A stretch of DNA of 64,000 nt from NCBI RefSeq assembly GCF_006345805.1, contig NC_042998.1, forward strand, positions 27,156,001-27,220,000, in the 5' to 3' direction. The DNA comes from Octopus sinensis. Its lineage: Eukaryota. The notes under the pieces are model-generated. The model was not told where the DNA came from and searched no databases. It saw only the letters and a list, made by a program, of their open reading frames with translations. Made by a program: the position numbers and the translations under genes. Positions 50,011-63,399 of this stretch are shown piece after piece. Position 1 is the stretch's first letter. Each line of letters opens with the position of its first letter.

Positions 50011-50639
50011 AATACATATATACACACATATACACACACACATATATAGAGAGATTCGTATATATTATTCATATATGTTCCATATACACATATATATATA
50101 TACATATATGTTTATCAAAATCATCGTTTAACGTCTGCCTTCTATGCTGGCACGGATTGGATGGTTTGACAGGAACCAGCCAGGTAGAAGACTATACCAG
50201 GCTTCTGAATCTGTTTTGTATGTATGTATATATATGTATATATATACATATGTGTGTGTGTGTGTGTGTGTGTGTGTTATGCTCTTGAGTCCCAATAAAA
50301 ACTCAGCTTTTTCTCACAATGCCAAAATTAAGTTGTGAGTTTAATTTTTACTTTCTTACAACTGTTTCCTTTTCCTTTTCTTTTCATTTTTTTCCTTTAT
50401 CCTTAACTTTTTATTTTTTTTTTGCAGAGTTACTATTTTTGATTTTGTTTTCACTTCCCAAATAAAAATGAAAATTTTATTTCAGGATTCTGTCACTGAA
50501 GTCATTTAGTATATCCCTCACTTCCTCCTTTACAACTTATCGAAATTTATGTTGTAGACCCACTTAAGTTATCTTATTTATACTACCTCTCCTCCAACAA
50601 CTTTGAACACCTGTCTAGTCTCATTCTCATTCCTGTATC

Positions 50640-50685
50640 CCTATATATATATATATATATATAAGTGTGTGTTCATATATATACA

Positions 50686-50717
<32 letters not shown>

Positions 50718-50759
50718 ATATATATACATATTCATATATACATACTTACATATAAACAT

Positions 50760-50804
<45 letters not shown>

Positions 50805-50823
50805 ATATATACATTTATATATA

Positions 50824-50854
<31 letters not shown>

Positions 50855-50874
50855 TATATATATAGGTATGTATG

Positions 50875-50908
<34 letters not shown>

Positions 50909-51000
50909 TGTATGTATGTATGTATGTGTGTATGTATGTATGTATGTATGTATGTATATGTATATGTATATGTATATGTGTATATATAAATATACGTATG
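50640..51000. repeat. (TA)n/(TATG)n compound microsatellite
   Basis: Visible directly. Confidence 0.95.
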
Positions 51001-51021
51001 CTTGCTAATATTCTATGACTG

Positions 51022-53581
51022 TCCCGAAAGACAGGCGGGACGTGAGACTGGTCAAAGCCATGTGCGGAGCTGACTGCTGGACGGACCATCGCCTCATCAT
51101 CTCCAGGATGGATTTCTACATCCGACCTAAGAGAAGGCCACAGGGTCAGAAAGTGACGAGGAAGCTTAACATCACGAAATTAAAGAACCAGCTGACTGCA
51201 CAAGATCTCCAGTCACGTATGGACAGTAAGCTGTTGGACATTCGGAGTGACCAGTCCAGCATCGATGAGCAGTGGGAATCATTCAGGGAACGGTTCATTC
51301 CATCCCCCTTGAAACTCTGGGCCAAATTACGAGGAACCACCAGGACTGGTTCGACGAAAACGACCAGGAAATCTAAAAGCTCCTGGAAGAGAAACGCCGT
51401 CTGCTGCGGGCTCACCAAAATGACACCACCTGCACGGCAAAGAAGGCCGCTTTCAACAACATTCGCAGCACAGTCCAGGCTAAACTCCGCCTCATGCAAG
51501 ACGCATGGTTAAGCGCCAAGGCGGATGAGATTCAGGGATACGCAGACAAACACGACACCAAGAAATTCTACGAGGCGCTGAAAGCTGTCTATGGACCGCA
51601 GTTCTCCTTTGGATCAACCCCCCTGCTCAGCTCAGATGGAACCTCACTCCTGACTAACAAGAGGCTGATCCTGGAGAGATGGGTGGAGCACTTCAACATC
51701 GTGCTCAACCGACCAGCCCAGGTCAACGAGGAAGCCATCGCACGACTCCCCCAGGTGCCGACAAACCACGAGTTGGCTGTTCCCCCTGCAGTCGAGGAAG
51801 TGAGCAGAGCCATCAAAAAAATGTCCACCGGCAAAGCTCCAGGCTCTGATGCCATCCCTGCAGAGGTGTTCAAGTCGGGCGGCCCCACCATGATTAGTCA
51901 GCTCACCAGCCTGTTCCAGTCGATGTGGGACAGGGAACAACTCCCTCAAGATTTCCGGGATGCAACAATCGTTCACATTTATAAGCGGAAAGGAGATCGG
52001 CAGTCCTGCGACAACCACCGAGGTATTTCCCTGTTGTCCATAGCAGGCAAGATCCTGGCCCGGGTCCTGCTTGACCGCCTTCTGGAACACTTGGAGCAAG
52101 GCCTTCTCCCTGAGAGCCAGTGTGGCTTCCGTGCGGGTCGAGGGACCACTGACATGATATTCGCCGCCCGCCAGCTCCAGGAGAAATGCATGGAGCAGCA
52201 CCTTGACCTCTGCATGACCTTTGTTGACCTCACCAAGGCCTTTGATACAGTCAGTCGGGAGGGACTATGGAAGGTCATGGGAAAATTTGGTTGCCCCAGC
52301 AAATTATTGCAATTGTCCGCCAGTTCCACGACGGAATGACAGCCAGAATCCTTGAAGACGGCGACTCATCTGAAGCCTTCCAGGTAACCAACGGAGTCAG
52401 GCAGGGCTGTGTCCTGGCCCCAACACTGTTCAGCATCATGTTCTCGGCAATGATGTCCGACGCCTTTAGGGACTGCAAGTCCGGTATCAACATCAAGTAC
52501 AGGACAGACGGGAAACTTTTCAACTCCAGGAGATTGCAGGCTGTCACAAAGGTGAGGGAGACAGTCGTCAGAGACTTTTCTTTGCTGATGACTGCGCCCT
52601 GAATGCAATCGATGAGCAGGAGATGCAGCTCGAGATGGACAGGTTCTCATCAGCCTGTGACAACTTCGGTCTCACCATCAGTGCAAAGAAAACTGAAGTG
52701 ATGTTTCAGCCAGCCCCCAGCAAACAATACCATGAGCCTCAGATAAGGGTGAACGGACGGATCCTACGAGTGGTGGAAAACTTCACCTACCTGGGCAGCA
52801 CTCTCTCCTGCAATGCCAACATAGATGCTGAAACCATCAACAGAATCTCCAAGGCAAGCAGCGCGTTGGGAGACTGCGAAAGAAAGTCTGGGAGCGGAGA
52901 GGAATCAGCCTCAACACCAAGCTGAAAGTCTACCGGGCAGTCGTGTTACCACCCTACTATACGGCTGCGAAACGTGGACTGCTTACCGAAGGCACGAGCA
53001 CCAGATAAACCACTTCCATCTCAGGTGTCTTCGGAATCTCCTTCACATCCGCTGGCAGGACAAAGTCCCAGACACGGAAGTTCTGAAGCAGGCAGATCTC
53101 CCTAGCACCATCACAATCATGCGCAAGGCCCAGCTGAGATGGGCGGGCCACGTCTCCCGCATGTCCGACACTCGCGTCCAAAAAACAGCTCTTCTACGGT
53201 GAACTCGGCCAGGGCAGGCGCAAAGTCGGAGGGCAGAAAAAGCGCTACAAGGATAGTCTCAAGGTCTCTCTCAAAGACTTCTCCATCGGAACAGAGACCT
53301 GGGAGACACTTGCTGCCAACCGCTCATCCTGGCGCAGCGCAATCACCGTGGGAGCAGGGACAGCCGAGGAGGGACGGATTCGGTCAGCGGAGCAGAAACG
53401 TCAGATGCGTAAAGTCAGAGCCGCCTGCACCAGTAGCACTGCCCCTACCCACTTCTGCCCCACCTGTGGGAGGGGCTTCCTTGCCCGGATTGGCCTCACC
53501 AGCCACCTCCGGTCTCATGGCGGCAGTTCCATCAGATGATGTCAGTTGGTCATCTTCGAACCGAAGGACGAACATTATTAT
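51022..53581 (+). mobile_element. RTE-BovB-like LINE, 5'-truncated (end of APE domain, full RT, C-terminal CCHH-like motif)
   Basis: KAMCGADCWTDHRLI, GKAPGSDAIPAE, NHRGISLLSIAGKILAR, PESQCGFRAGRGTTDMIF, FVDLTKAFDTVSR, GVRQGCVLAPTLF, FADD, LRWAGHV, CPTCGRGFLARIGLTSHLRSH; (ATT)n tail; candidate TSD tatgactg at 51014-51021 and 53582-53589; about 6 frameshifts and one TAA at 51374. Confidence 0.97.
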
Positions 53582-54299
53582 TATGACTGGTTTCTCTCAC
53601 AAAAGACCAAGAGATTAAAAATGTTCAATGTATTGACATATTTATTTACCCAAATGTCATTATGTCCTGTTTTACTTAAGAGGCTTTTAACGAATACTAT
53701 TAATAGCTATTATTAAGTCTATTATTCAGTCACATTTTAGCTTCATTTCCGCCTTCAATTTTATTACAGTTAGTTTATCTTACTGTCAAGCAGGGATTTG
53801 TATTTTTTTTTATCAAAATAATTTTACTCTTTAATCATTTATTTTTCTATCTTTCATCTTCTAAAGGAAAAAAATACTGCAGATTTATGGAAGGGAAATT
53901 GAATTATATCCAAGCCTGTATCAAAAATATTAGTGATATAAGTGAAAATAAACTTTTGGAATTGTGTTTGTTTGGCAAACGACATGATCTGAGAGTTAAC
54001 TGTTGAAGCCAAAGAAAGTATATTGTAGAAGAACTCAATTTTTTTGCCCTTTAACAATTCACAGAATCTATTATAATCACCTTTCATTGGTATAAAAGTT
54101 CGTTGAATGTGAATGACCTGATCATTGGCCTAGTTCTGCTGCATCACTAAAAATTAGCTGCTTGTTAGAATTGAAACCATTTCACTGAATCTGCCAGCTC
54201 TAAAAACTTGCTATTTCAGTAATTTCATTCACCTTCATCTCATACACACACAAACACACATATTTATCCTCTTCAATCTTCCTCCTCCCCCTCCTCCCC

Positions 54300-54468
54300 C
54301 TCCTCTTCCTCATCGTTTAATGTCTGCCTTCCATGCTGGCATGCAGTTAGCAGGTTTGACAGGAGCTGACCAAGTGGGAGCCTGCACCAGACTTCTGTGT
54401 CTGTTTTGACTGGGTTTTTACAGCTGGATACCTTTCCTAACACCATCAACCACCAAGCCACCATTTAA
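54300..54468 (-). mobile_element. RTE 3' UTR fragment
   Basis: catcgtttaatgtctgccttccatgctggc start. Confidence 0.75.
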
Positions 54469-54565
54469 CAAATCATATCTTAGTTAAAGTTTATAAGTTA
54501 GACATAGCCTGAACCACTCTTTGGCTGAAACATATCTAAGTTATCTATGTTATCTAAGTATATAT

Positions 54566-54639
<74 letters not shown>

Positions 54640-54763
54640 TGTGTGTGTGTGTGTGTACATATATATGATGCTTGTATATGAACAACGATTCTATATAGTA
54701 ATGAGATGTGGGTCCTGAATTCAGGGCCCACATTATATATATATATATATAATATATATATAT

Positions 54764-54818
<55 letters not shown>

Positions 54819-54819
54819 A

Positions 54820-54960
54820 CAGTCTTCCATCTACCAAATCTTCTTATGAGGCTCTGGTCAGCCTGGGGCTATAATAGAAGACAATTTCCCAAAGAGTCAT
54901 GCAGGGGAACTGAACCTAAGACTACATGATGGGAAAGCAAGCTTCTTAGCCACACAGAGA
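54820..54960 (-). mobile_element. SINE family A head fragment
   Basis: Reverse complement of ctgtgtggctaagaagcttgcttt... Confidence 0.65.
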
Positions 54961-55308
54961 GACACCTGTACATTCACAATTACTTTGAAAGGATTTCATT
55001 TTAAAAATAAATTGTTCAATATTTAACATTTGTCAGGAAAAAAACTAACTGGGAATTAAAATGAGAATTCTTCTACAAATCTAGCGTTCATTCTGTTTAG
55101 GATTTTTGTCAAAAAGAAAAGGAATTTAAATTCTCAATATCGGATGCGCTTAAAGAGATATCACATATTTTGCATTTTATACAGTAGATAATTAATGCTA
55201 AATTAATTACCTTCATTTCATCTATGATATTTAGTTGTGAGTATGTAACACATTCGCTCAAAAATTCTTGACTACAATTTCAACTTGCAATGAACAAATT
55301 CTCATATA

Positions 55309-55875
55309 CAATGATCCCTCGACTATCATGGGTATTACGTTCCAAAACCCCCTGCGATAGGTGAAAATCCATGAATTAGAAACAGTACTGTACGGTATAT
55401 TTTTTTCATTATTTTTATAAGTTGTATATATTTATTTTATTACTAGCAATATCGCCTGGCATTGCTTGGGTTTGTTTCGACCCTTTAGAATTGGAATTTT
55501 TGAAAAGTAAAAATTTGCATTATGTAGCTTGTTATTCTCTTTAAGTGAATATTTTTCTGGTTGAAATACACCGAAAAATGGTGACACAGCAGTCAAAAAG
55601 ATCGTAAAAAATAGTGATTTTCATAGAAAAAAAGCATCTTTTTGATGTAAATAATTTTTGGTGTTAACATGGTCCGATTTGAATTTTTTTCTTCTACAGA
55701 AGGAAGAGCAAGCCTTCTTTTATCATACTCTCAATTTTGGTCAACTTGCGTCGCAGGGTCTCGGAGGAGATAGTGTTAGTTGGAGGCTACTAAACCTGCC
55801 ATACACAGACAACTTCAGCTTTATATATAGAGTGTAAACTTAAATTATAAACCACGATATAGTGAGGGATTGCTG
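55309..55875 (+). mobile_element. Tigger/pogo-type MITE carrying a nested Helitron-like element
   Basis: TA|caatgatccctc ... gagggattgctg ends; interrupted at 55443-55831. Confidence 0.75.
55443..55831 (-). mobile_element. Helitron-like element, second copy
   Basis: Closely similar to 17532-17924; minus strand TC...hairpin...CTAG followed by T. Confidence 0.8.
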
Positions 55876-55884
55876 CATGTGTTT

Positions 55885-56260
55885 TATCTTTTGCTTCGTT
55901 CCGTCTTCAGACTGCAGCCAGGATGAGGCACCGCCTTGAACAATTTGTTTCAGTCAAATGAATCAACCTCGGTGCTTGCTTGTTTCTTAAGCCTGCTACT
56001 TATTCTATAGGTCTCTTTTGCTGAACTGCTGAGTTACAGGGGTCATAAACTCACCAATACATCAAGTGGTGGTGGGACACAAACACAGACATAAAGATAC
56101 ACAGACATAAAGATACAGGCATTTCTGTCTACCAAATCCACTCACTAGGCTTTGGTTGGCCTGAGGTTACAGTAGAAGACACTTGCCCAAGGTGTCACAT
56201 AGTGGGTCTGAACCTTGAACCATATGGTTGGGATGCAAGGTTCTAACCACACAGCCACAA
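55885..56260 (-). mobile_element. SINE family A
   Basis: Reverse complement of family A. Confidence 0.75.
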
Positions 56261-56296
56261 TATCATTCAAAAATATGTGTGTGCACATATATATAA

Positions 56297-56547
56297 TATA
56301 CAATTAAATTTTAGTGGTTATTCCTCTTATTAATTGTAATATAATTTTTAAATCTTTGGAATTTTTTGACTAAAGCCAGACAACTGGTTTAAATTGATGT
56401 TAATTGATTGATATCAAATTCTACCCTCAGTATTTTAATATATATATATGTCCTGTACCCATATATGCATATATATATACATATATATGTAGGTATGTAC
56501 AAATGCATATATCATATATTATTTATATTATATATATTATTTATATG

Positions 56548-56578
<31 letters not shown>

Positions 56579-56908
56579 GTATATATATATATGTACATAT
56601 ATATATATATATATATATATAATATACAATTAAATTTTAGTGGTTATTCCTCTTATTAATTGTAATATAATTTTTAAATCTTTGGAATTTTTTGACTAAA
56701 GCCAGACAACTGGTTTAAATTGATGTTAATTGATTGATATCAAATTCTACCCTCAGTATTTTAATATATATATATGTCCTGTACCCATATATGCATATAT
56801 ATATACATATATATGTAGGTATGTACAAATGCATATATTCATATATTATTTATATTATATATATTATTTATATGTATATATATATGTATATGTATATGTA
56901 TATGCATG

Positions 56909-56945
<37 letters not shown>
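56297..56945. repeat. Tandem duplication with a 324 bp period
   Basis: aatatacaattaaattttagtgg starts at 56297 and 56621; unique parts essentially identical. Confidence 0.9.
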
Positions 56946-56977
<32 letters not shown>

Positions 56978-57040
56978 ATATATATATATATATAGGTGAG
57001 AAAGTTGGTGTGTGAAAGCACGTGGTTGGATATATAGAAA

Positions 57041-57121
57041 ATAGAAAAAAGTGAAAAAACCACAGAAGGCTTGTTTAACCTTATAAAACTAGCCTTCTGT
57101 AGTTTTTTCACTCTTTTCTAT
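57041..57121. repeat. Fold-back element (~36 bp arms) near (TA)n
   Basis: atagaaaaaagtgaaaaaaccacagaaggcttgttt / aaactagccttctgtagttttttcactcttttctat. Confidence 0.8.
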
Positions 57122-57321
57122 TATATATATATAATATGAAAATACATAATAGACTTCAGTCTCCATTTATTAAATTTATTCACATCAGAATTGATCATCT
57201 CATGGTCTCATGGTTATTGTAGGAGACAGCTGGCCTAAGTACCATGCAATGGAACTTAACTGCAAGCTAAATCATTGCAGAAAGAACAAACTCTTAACCA
57301 CCACACCCACAGTTGTCTATA

Positions 57322-57367
<46 letters not shown>

Positions 57368-57736
57368 CATACATACATACATACATACATGTACATACAC
57401 ACATGCATATATGCATACATACATGCCTAATATAATAATGGAAGTCTGTCGGGGTTTGACAATGACATCAGTGACACTGGAGGTGGGAGCGGAACCTAAA
57501 GGCAGACACACAAATGCAGCCACATTTTGAGCATGTAACATCAGAAGTAGAGTTGGGGAACCCTTCTCTTTTTGGGCTTGTCACTTCTGGTCCAGGCTCT
57601 TTAGGCACTTTTCCTTGAACAGCCTAACACCCTTTTGGACAGCTGGACGCCAGGTGTCACGGTCAGAGGCAAAGAATTCCCAGCCACAGGCTGAAATGCA
57701 TACCTACCTACCTATCTACCTACATACATACCTACC

Positions 57737-57770
<34 letters not shown>

Positions 57771-57884
57771 CATACATACATAAAGACATACATACATGCA
57801 TACATACATACACACATGCATACATGCATGCATACATACATGCATACCTACATACATACATACATACATACATGCACACATATG

Positions 57885-58140
57885 CGTGGAGGCACGTGGC
57901 TTAATGGTTAGGGTGTCAGCACCATGATCGTAAGATTGTGGTTTCAATTCCTGGACCAGGCGACTCATTGTGTTCTTGAGCAAAACACTTCATTTCACAT
58001 TGCTTCAGTCCAGTCAGCTGGCAAAAATGAGTAACGCTGTGATGGACTGGCGTCCCGTCCAGCTGGGGAACACATACGCCATTGAAACCAGGAAACCAGG
58101 CCCATGAGCCTGGCTAGGCTTTTAAAAGGGCGCATTCATT
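57885..58140 (+). mobile_element. tRNA-head SINE, family C (V-SINE-like 3' part)
   Basis: gtggcttaatggttaggg head, ttcttgagcaaaacac body, gatggactggcgtcccgtccag segment. Confidence 0.75.
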
Positions 58141-58160
58141 GTTTTTATGCATACATACAT

Positions 58161-58500
58161 GATCATCATCAACATTGTTTATTGTTCATTTTCCCTGCTG
58201 GCATGCATTGGATGGCTTGACAGGAGCTGGCCAGCTGAGGAACTGTCCAGGCTCCAATTGTCTGTGTGGCATGGTTTCTATGGCTGGATGCCCTTCCTAA
58301 TACCAACCACTTAACAGAGTCTGCTGGGTATTTTATACATGCCACTTGCATGGGTGCATTTATGCAGTACCAGGATGAGTACATTTCATGTGGCACCAGC
58401 ACCTGTAAAATCCATGCCTGCATGTATGGATGACAGTGATTTTACTTAGCTTGACATGTCTTATCAAATACAGCAAATCGCCACAACTCACGATCCCAGG
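58161..58500 (-). mobile_element. Diverged RTE 3' UTR fragment
   Basis: ggctggatgcccttcctaataccaaccac core. Confidence 0.7.
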
Positions 58501-58624
58501 TCATTTTCTCAGTGAGGCCCATCATCTGAAGATCCTTCACACACACACACACACACACCACACACACACACACTAGTTCTTTCTACTGGAAGCACATGGC
58601 CTCAAATTTGGGTGAAGGGATTAA

Positions 58625-59084
58625 CCCTTTCATTACCAACCTGGCTGAAACTGGCTCTGGCTCTGTTGTACAAATGTCTTGTTTTCATAAGGTTTTAATT
58701 AAAATCTACTAAACCTTAGTCACAATTTATGTTCCTAACACTAGCTTAATGATAACTAAGTTATTTTACTAAATCCTTTGTTATACTTAAAATTAATTGA
58801 AAGAAACACTGAACATCTCAACAGAAGTATTGTAACAAAAGGGTTAACAAATGATTAATTTAACCCTTTCATTTCCAACCCAGCTGAAACTGCTTCTGGC
58901 TCTGTAGTAGAAATGTCCTATTTTCATAAGTTTTGAATTAAAATCTTCCACCAAACCTTAATCACAATTTATGTTCCTAACACTAGCTTAATGATAACTA
59001 AGTTATTTTACTAAATTCTTTGTTATATTTAAAATAATTGAAAGAAACACAGAGCATCTCAAAATAAATACAGTAATGAAAGGG
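58625..59084. mobile_element. Two tandem piggyBac-like MITEs (58625-58843, 58864-59084) inside a family B SINE
   Basis: Each copy is bounded by TTAA|CCCTTT...AAAGGG|TTAA; SINE sequence gggattaagtcgattac is split at its TTAA. Confidence 0.85.
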
Positions 59085-59550
59085 TTAAGTCGATTACATC
59101 AATCCCAATGCGTAACTGGTACTTATTTAATCAACCCTGAAAGGATGAAAGGCAAAATCAACCTCAGCAGAATTTGAACTCAGAATGCAGCGGCAGACAA
59201 AATACTGCTAAGCAATTTGCTCGGCATGCTAAACACACACACACACACACACATTGATGTTTGTATTTATGTTGCGTTACAACAAAAGCAATTTTGCATT
59301 AAGCTGAAGGATATAACACAATATTAGTTGCTATTTATTGTATAATTTCTACAAGTAGACTAGTCAGAGTAACTTTGAACTTTTGACCTGCTAGCTTTCA
59401 TTGGACGCAGGTATATGTACGTATTTTTTTATATGTGTGTATTTTTATGTATGCATCTATGTGGTGTGTAAGTATATAATGAATATACATACATACAAAT
59501 GTGTGTGAGAGGGTGTGTATGTGTACGCATGTGTGTGTGTGTACATATGT

Positions 59551-59830
59551 ATCATCATCATCGTTTAACTTCTGTTTTCCATGCTAGCATGGGTTGGATG
59601 GTTCAACCGGGGTCTGGGAAGCCAGGAGGCTGCACCAGGCTCCAATCTAATCTGGTATGATTTCTACAGCTGGATGCCTTTCCTAACGCCAACCAGTCTG
59701 TCTGTGAGTGTAGTGGGTGCTTTCTACGTGCCACCGGCATGGACGCCAATCAAGACGGTGCTGGCATCGGCCACGTTTGGATGGTGCTTTTTACGTGCCA
59801 ACTACAATTTCCATTTGATTTTTATTTTGA
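59551..59830 (-). mobile_element. RTE 3' UTR fragment
   Basis: Family core sequence. Confidence 0.85.
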
Positions 59831-60974
59831 TGTTGATGTACTTGACTCAAGAGAAACTTTAAACTCATCAAAACTAGAAGTGTTACAACAGTTATATTTT
59901 CTTTTGAAAATTCTGTTTACTCATCAATTAAATTAAAGACAATTAAACCATTTTAATTAAAGTCATAACCATTATTCAGGTCAATGATAGTTCAAATAGC
60001 TTGCAAAAAATTTTGATCTCTAATTAGTGTAAGCTTTCAGGAGTTGATATTTCATAGATTACATGCTATTAAAAATTTGTTGATCATTTGTCTCAAAATG
60101 TGACTTTGATTAGCAATGTGTCATTCATGTTTGGCTTTAATCCAGTAAGATATGAATCAGATGTTTAACTATGAGTCTACCAGCAAAAATCTCACTTTGT
60201 TCTTGTTCTGCTAATTGCTCTCACTAAACTATCATGGGTTCTCTATGAATTGAAGCATTTTGCCCCTCTTTGATTATTTTTGATATCCTCACTTTGATTT
60301 TTTTTTTAGAAAATGGAATATAGTCATATTTTAAAGGGTTTTGTTATCTTAAACTTTTAAATCGCGATGTTCCTTAATTATTCATTTATGCTATCAATTT
60401 CTTTTTAATAAGGTGAATTAAATGCAAATTCTAAATGGACGAAAATTTATTTTATTTATTTGTTTTCTGTATAAGGTTAGTAATGTTTTAGACAAAGAGC
60501 TGAAACTACCATGAAACATTCTACAAAGAACCAATTACTTTGTAATAGAAGAAAGAAAGGAATCATTAATGTAATGTTAAAAGAATGTCTTGCAACTGTG
60601 TTTCTATAAAAAAAAAGCATAATAAAATAAAAGCAGATTTAAACAGTAGCTATTTGCATTATGTTTTACTCTTGGTTATTTTATGAGTACAGGAAGAACT
60701 ATTGTTTCTCAAATGCCCCTGTCTTCTTTTCTCCTATGAAAAGAAAAGCTTTGTTATTGAAATAGATAATTGCTTCTTATTTTGGTTTATTTCAAATTGG
60801 ACTAATTTATTTCAATTTGTTGCATATAAGCAATTCTTACTATTCTCTCCCCTCCTAATTTTGAGCTTGGGCATCTTTTCTCCCCACCCCCCTCCTGCCA
60901 CTTCGGTAAACTATTTACTGTTTAATCTATTAACCTTAATTCTTAGCATATGCTTCATTTTCAACTATATCAGC

Positions 60975-61032
60975 ACAATTATCTAAGCAGCTAAAACCAG
61001 CAACGGAGGTGTATTCTTATGGAAGAAAAATG
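60975..61032 (+). CDS. Candidate 58-nt exon (QLSKQLKPATEVYSYGRK)
   Basis: Acceptor ttttcaactatatcag, strong donor AT|gtgagt, single open frame; may join 61563-61591 (KTAILNPII) in phase. Confidence 0.5.
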
Positions 61033-61959
61033 TGAGTCACTTAATTATCAGACTAAAAAATTATGGTTATTCATATTCACAAATAGTAAAAAAGCAAAAA
61101 AAAATTAATTAAATTTAAAGAAATCTTAATAAATATCAAACAAAAGTTCAATATTTAAATATATATTTTTTTCAAATATTGAATTAATTTGTTACTTTTA
61201 ATACATTACATCTTTTCCTGCACAGAGGTGCTTTGTTTACACAAACAGTTTTCCTTTTAATGTTTTGATATACAGTACTTCAGCAGCTATTTGTATTGAG
61301 TGGCACAGATGTTTTTGCAATGGGAAATAGTATATATTTTTAACCATCTGTGTTCAATTTAGTCAGAATATGTAAGTTGGTTTGAATTGATATTATAATT
61401 GTAGTTTCAAAGAAGACCAGTTAATCTTTATGTAATCTAATTTATACAAAAAACACACACACAAAAAAAAAAGAGAAATTGTTGAATGTATTTCTTTTCT
61501 TACTAATAATTTTGAAAATATTTCAATGTTCAATTTGAATGCAAATATCTTTGTATTTGTAGAAAGACAGCCATACTGAACCCAATTATCAGTAATTGAA
61601 ATTAATCAGCAAAATTTAGGTCCACATATTTATTTAGCTGTGCAACATCATTTAACTACCTTATTTTCCACTTGGCAAAGTATTTTCCTAATTTGTTCAC
61701 TGCATAAGAATCAACTTGCTTTTATTGTATTCAAGTGTAATACAGCTGTTTACAACAGCTAAGTTACTAAAAGCTATTAACAACACAATTTAATAGAATG
61801 TGTATTTAGAATGGTGTTTTTCAAGCAAGTTCAATCTTGCCAGTGGTTTGATAGCCACCTTTAATATTTCACGTTGTCTACAATCCTTCAAGTATTCTAA
61901 TGTGTGCACACGTGCATGTGTGTGTGTGTGTTCCCTGAAGCAGCTGAAAAGTATATGAT

Positions 61960-62185
61960 TATTTATTACCCACAAGGGGCTAAACATAGGAGAGGACAAA
62001 CAAGGACAACCCAACAAATTAAGTCCATTATATCGACCCCAGTGCGTAACTGGTACTTAATTTATCGACCCCGAAAGGATGAAAGGCAAAGTCGACCTCA
62101 GCGGAATTTGAACTCAGAACATAACGGCAGATGAAATATGGCTATGCATTTCGCCCGGTGTGCTAACGATTCTGCCAGCTCGAAG
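61960..62185 (-). mobile_element. SINE family B
   Basis: Reverse complement of 43302-43534. Confidence 0.85.
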
Positions 62186-63139
62186 CAACAGTAAAGTATA
62201 TAAGAGCATAAAAATTTATCAAAGGTAAATTTTATTTAATACTTAATATCAATAAGGATTTTTATGATCAACCAGATAAATTCTCGTCTAAAATGAGCAT
62301 TTGAAATTTATCCATTTGATTAAAACATCAGGATGGATATCAGTTGATTATTCTGAGTAATCACATTACTGCTTTATAATATTCATGAAGACTAGCAAAC
62401 AAATTTAATTATAATTATGTTATAAAAGGATATGCTGATAACCTCAAATGACAGAAATATATGAAAGGTTTCCCAATTGCATGTGATTGCAAATTGCAAT
62501 AAACAATATAATTATTTCTAAAAGCTGGAAAAATTGTTTTTCTTTTTGTAAAAATAAAAATTTCAAATGGCTAAAGGATTTATTTGTATATGAAAGTTAA
62601 AGTCACAATTTTAGATGTCCCAGAACTTTGAAACTTACACAGGAAATAATTTAGAATGAATGATAATTGCTGAGAGCATGGCCTGTAAAGCAAGGTCATA
62701 CTTAGATGCTTAGAAGTTAACATAAAAGGTGATATAATATAACTAGAAGTTTATAGACACCATTGTATTTTGAACTTTGGACAGGCTACTTTTGGAATGT
62801 ATTGTTCTCTGAGTATTTTTTAGTAGAACTAAATAAAAATTCTGTTTTTTTATAAAAAATAATTTAGTTCTTACTGTTATATGCAATATCAATATTATAT
62901 ACGAACTCTGAAATATAGATTTTGTTCACAAAAACTACATTTTAAGATGGCTAACACTAAGATGACATAAAAAAATTTTAAGATTGGAAGCCATGCTATC
63001 TTTATACATAATATGTAGGAATTGAATTCAATCTTAGATATGTTTAACCTTATTCTTTATTCAATCTTATTATAAATACTGAGTGCTTACTTGAAATTTG
63101 CCAGGATTTTAAAATTCTCATTTTTTTTGCTGTCTTGGC

Positions 63140-63399
63140 TGGCGTACGTGCTGGTGGCACATAAGAAGCACCAATTGATCGTGGCTGTTGCCAGCCTCCC
63201 CTGGCCCCTGTGCCGGTGGCACGTAAAAAGCACCCACTACACTCATGGAGTAGTTGGCATTAGGAAGGGCATCCAGCTGTAGAAACACTGCCAGATCAGA
63301 CTGGAGCCTGGTGCAGCCTCCTGGCTTCCTAGACCCCGGTCGAACTGTCCAACCCATGCTAGCATGGAAAATGGACGTTAAATGATGAGGATGATGATG
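63140..63399 (+). mobile_element. RTE 3' UTR fragment
   Basis: Family core ending ggacgttaaatgatgaggatgatgatg. Confidence 0.85.

Noticed and set aside
51146-53575. Antisense and off-frame ORFs over the BovB-like element
   Set aside because: Shadow ORFs of a GC-richer RT coding sequence.
53854-54087. 77 aa minus ORF and overlapping plus frame (KLLELCLFG)
   Set aside because: Splice sites are inconsistent; it could be a decayed LINE C-terminus or chance. No family recognised.
54500-54545. Possible decayed hammerhead (ctgaaccactctttggctgaaacatatc)
   Set aside because: Core lacks NGA and no stem I or cleavage triplet can be built.
60975-61032. Resemblance of LSKQL...SYGR to the TRAPPC10 N-terminus
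   Set aside because: The conserved EWRRSYGR tryptophan and spacing are absent, so no gene symbol was assigned.
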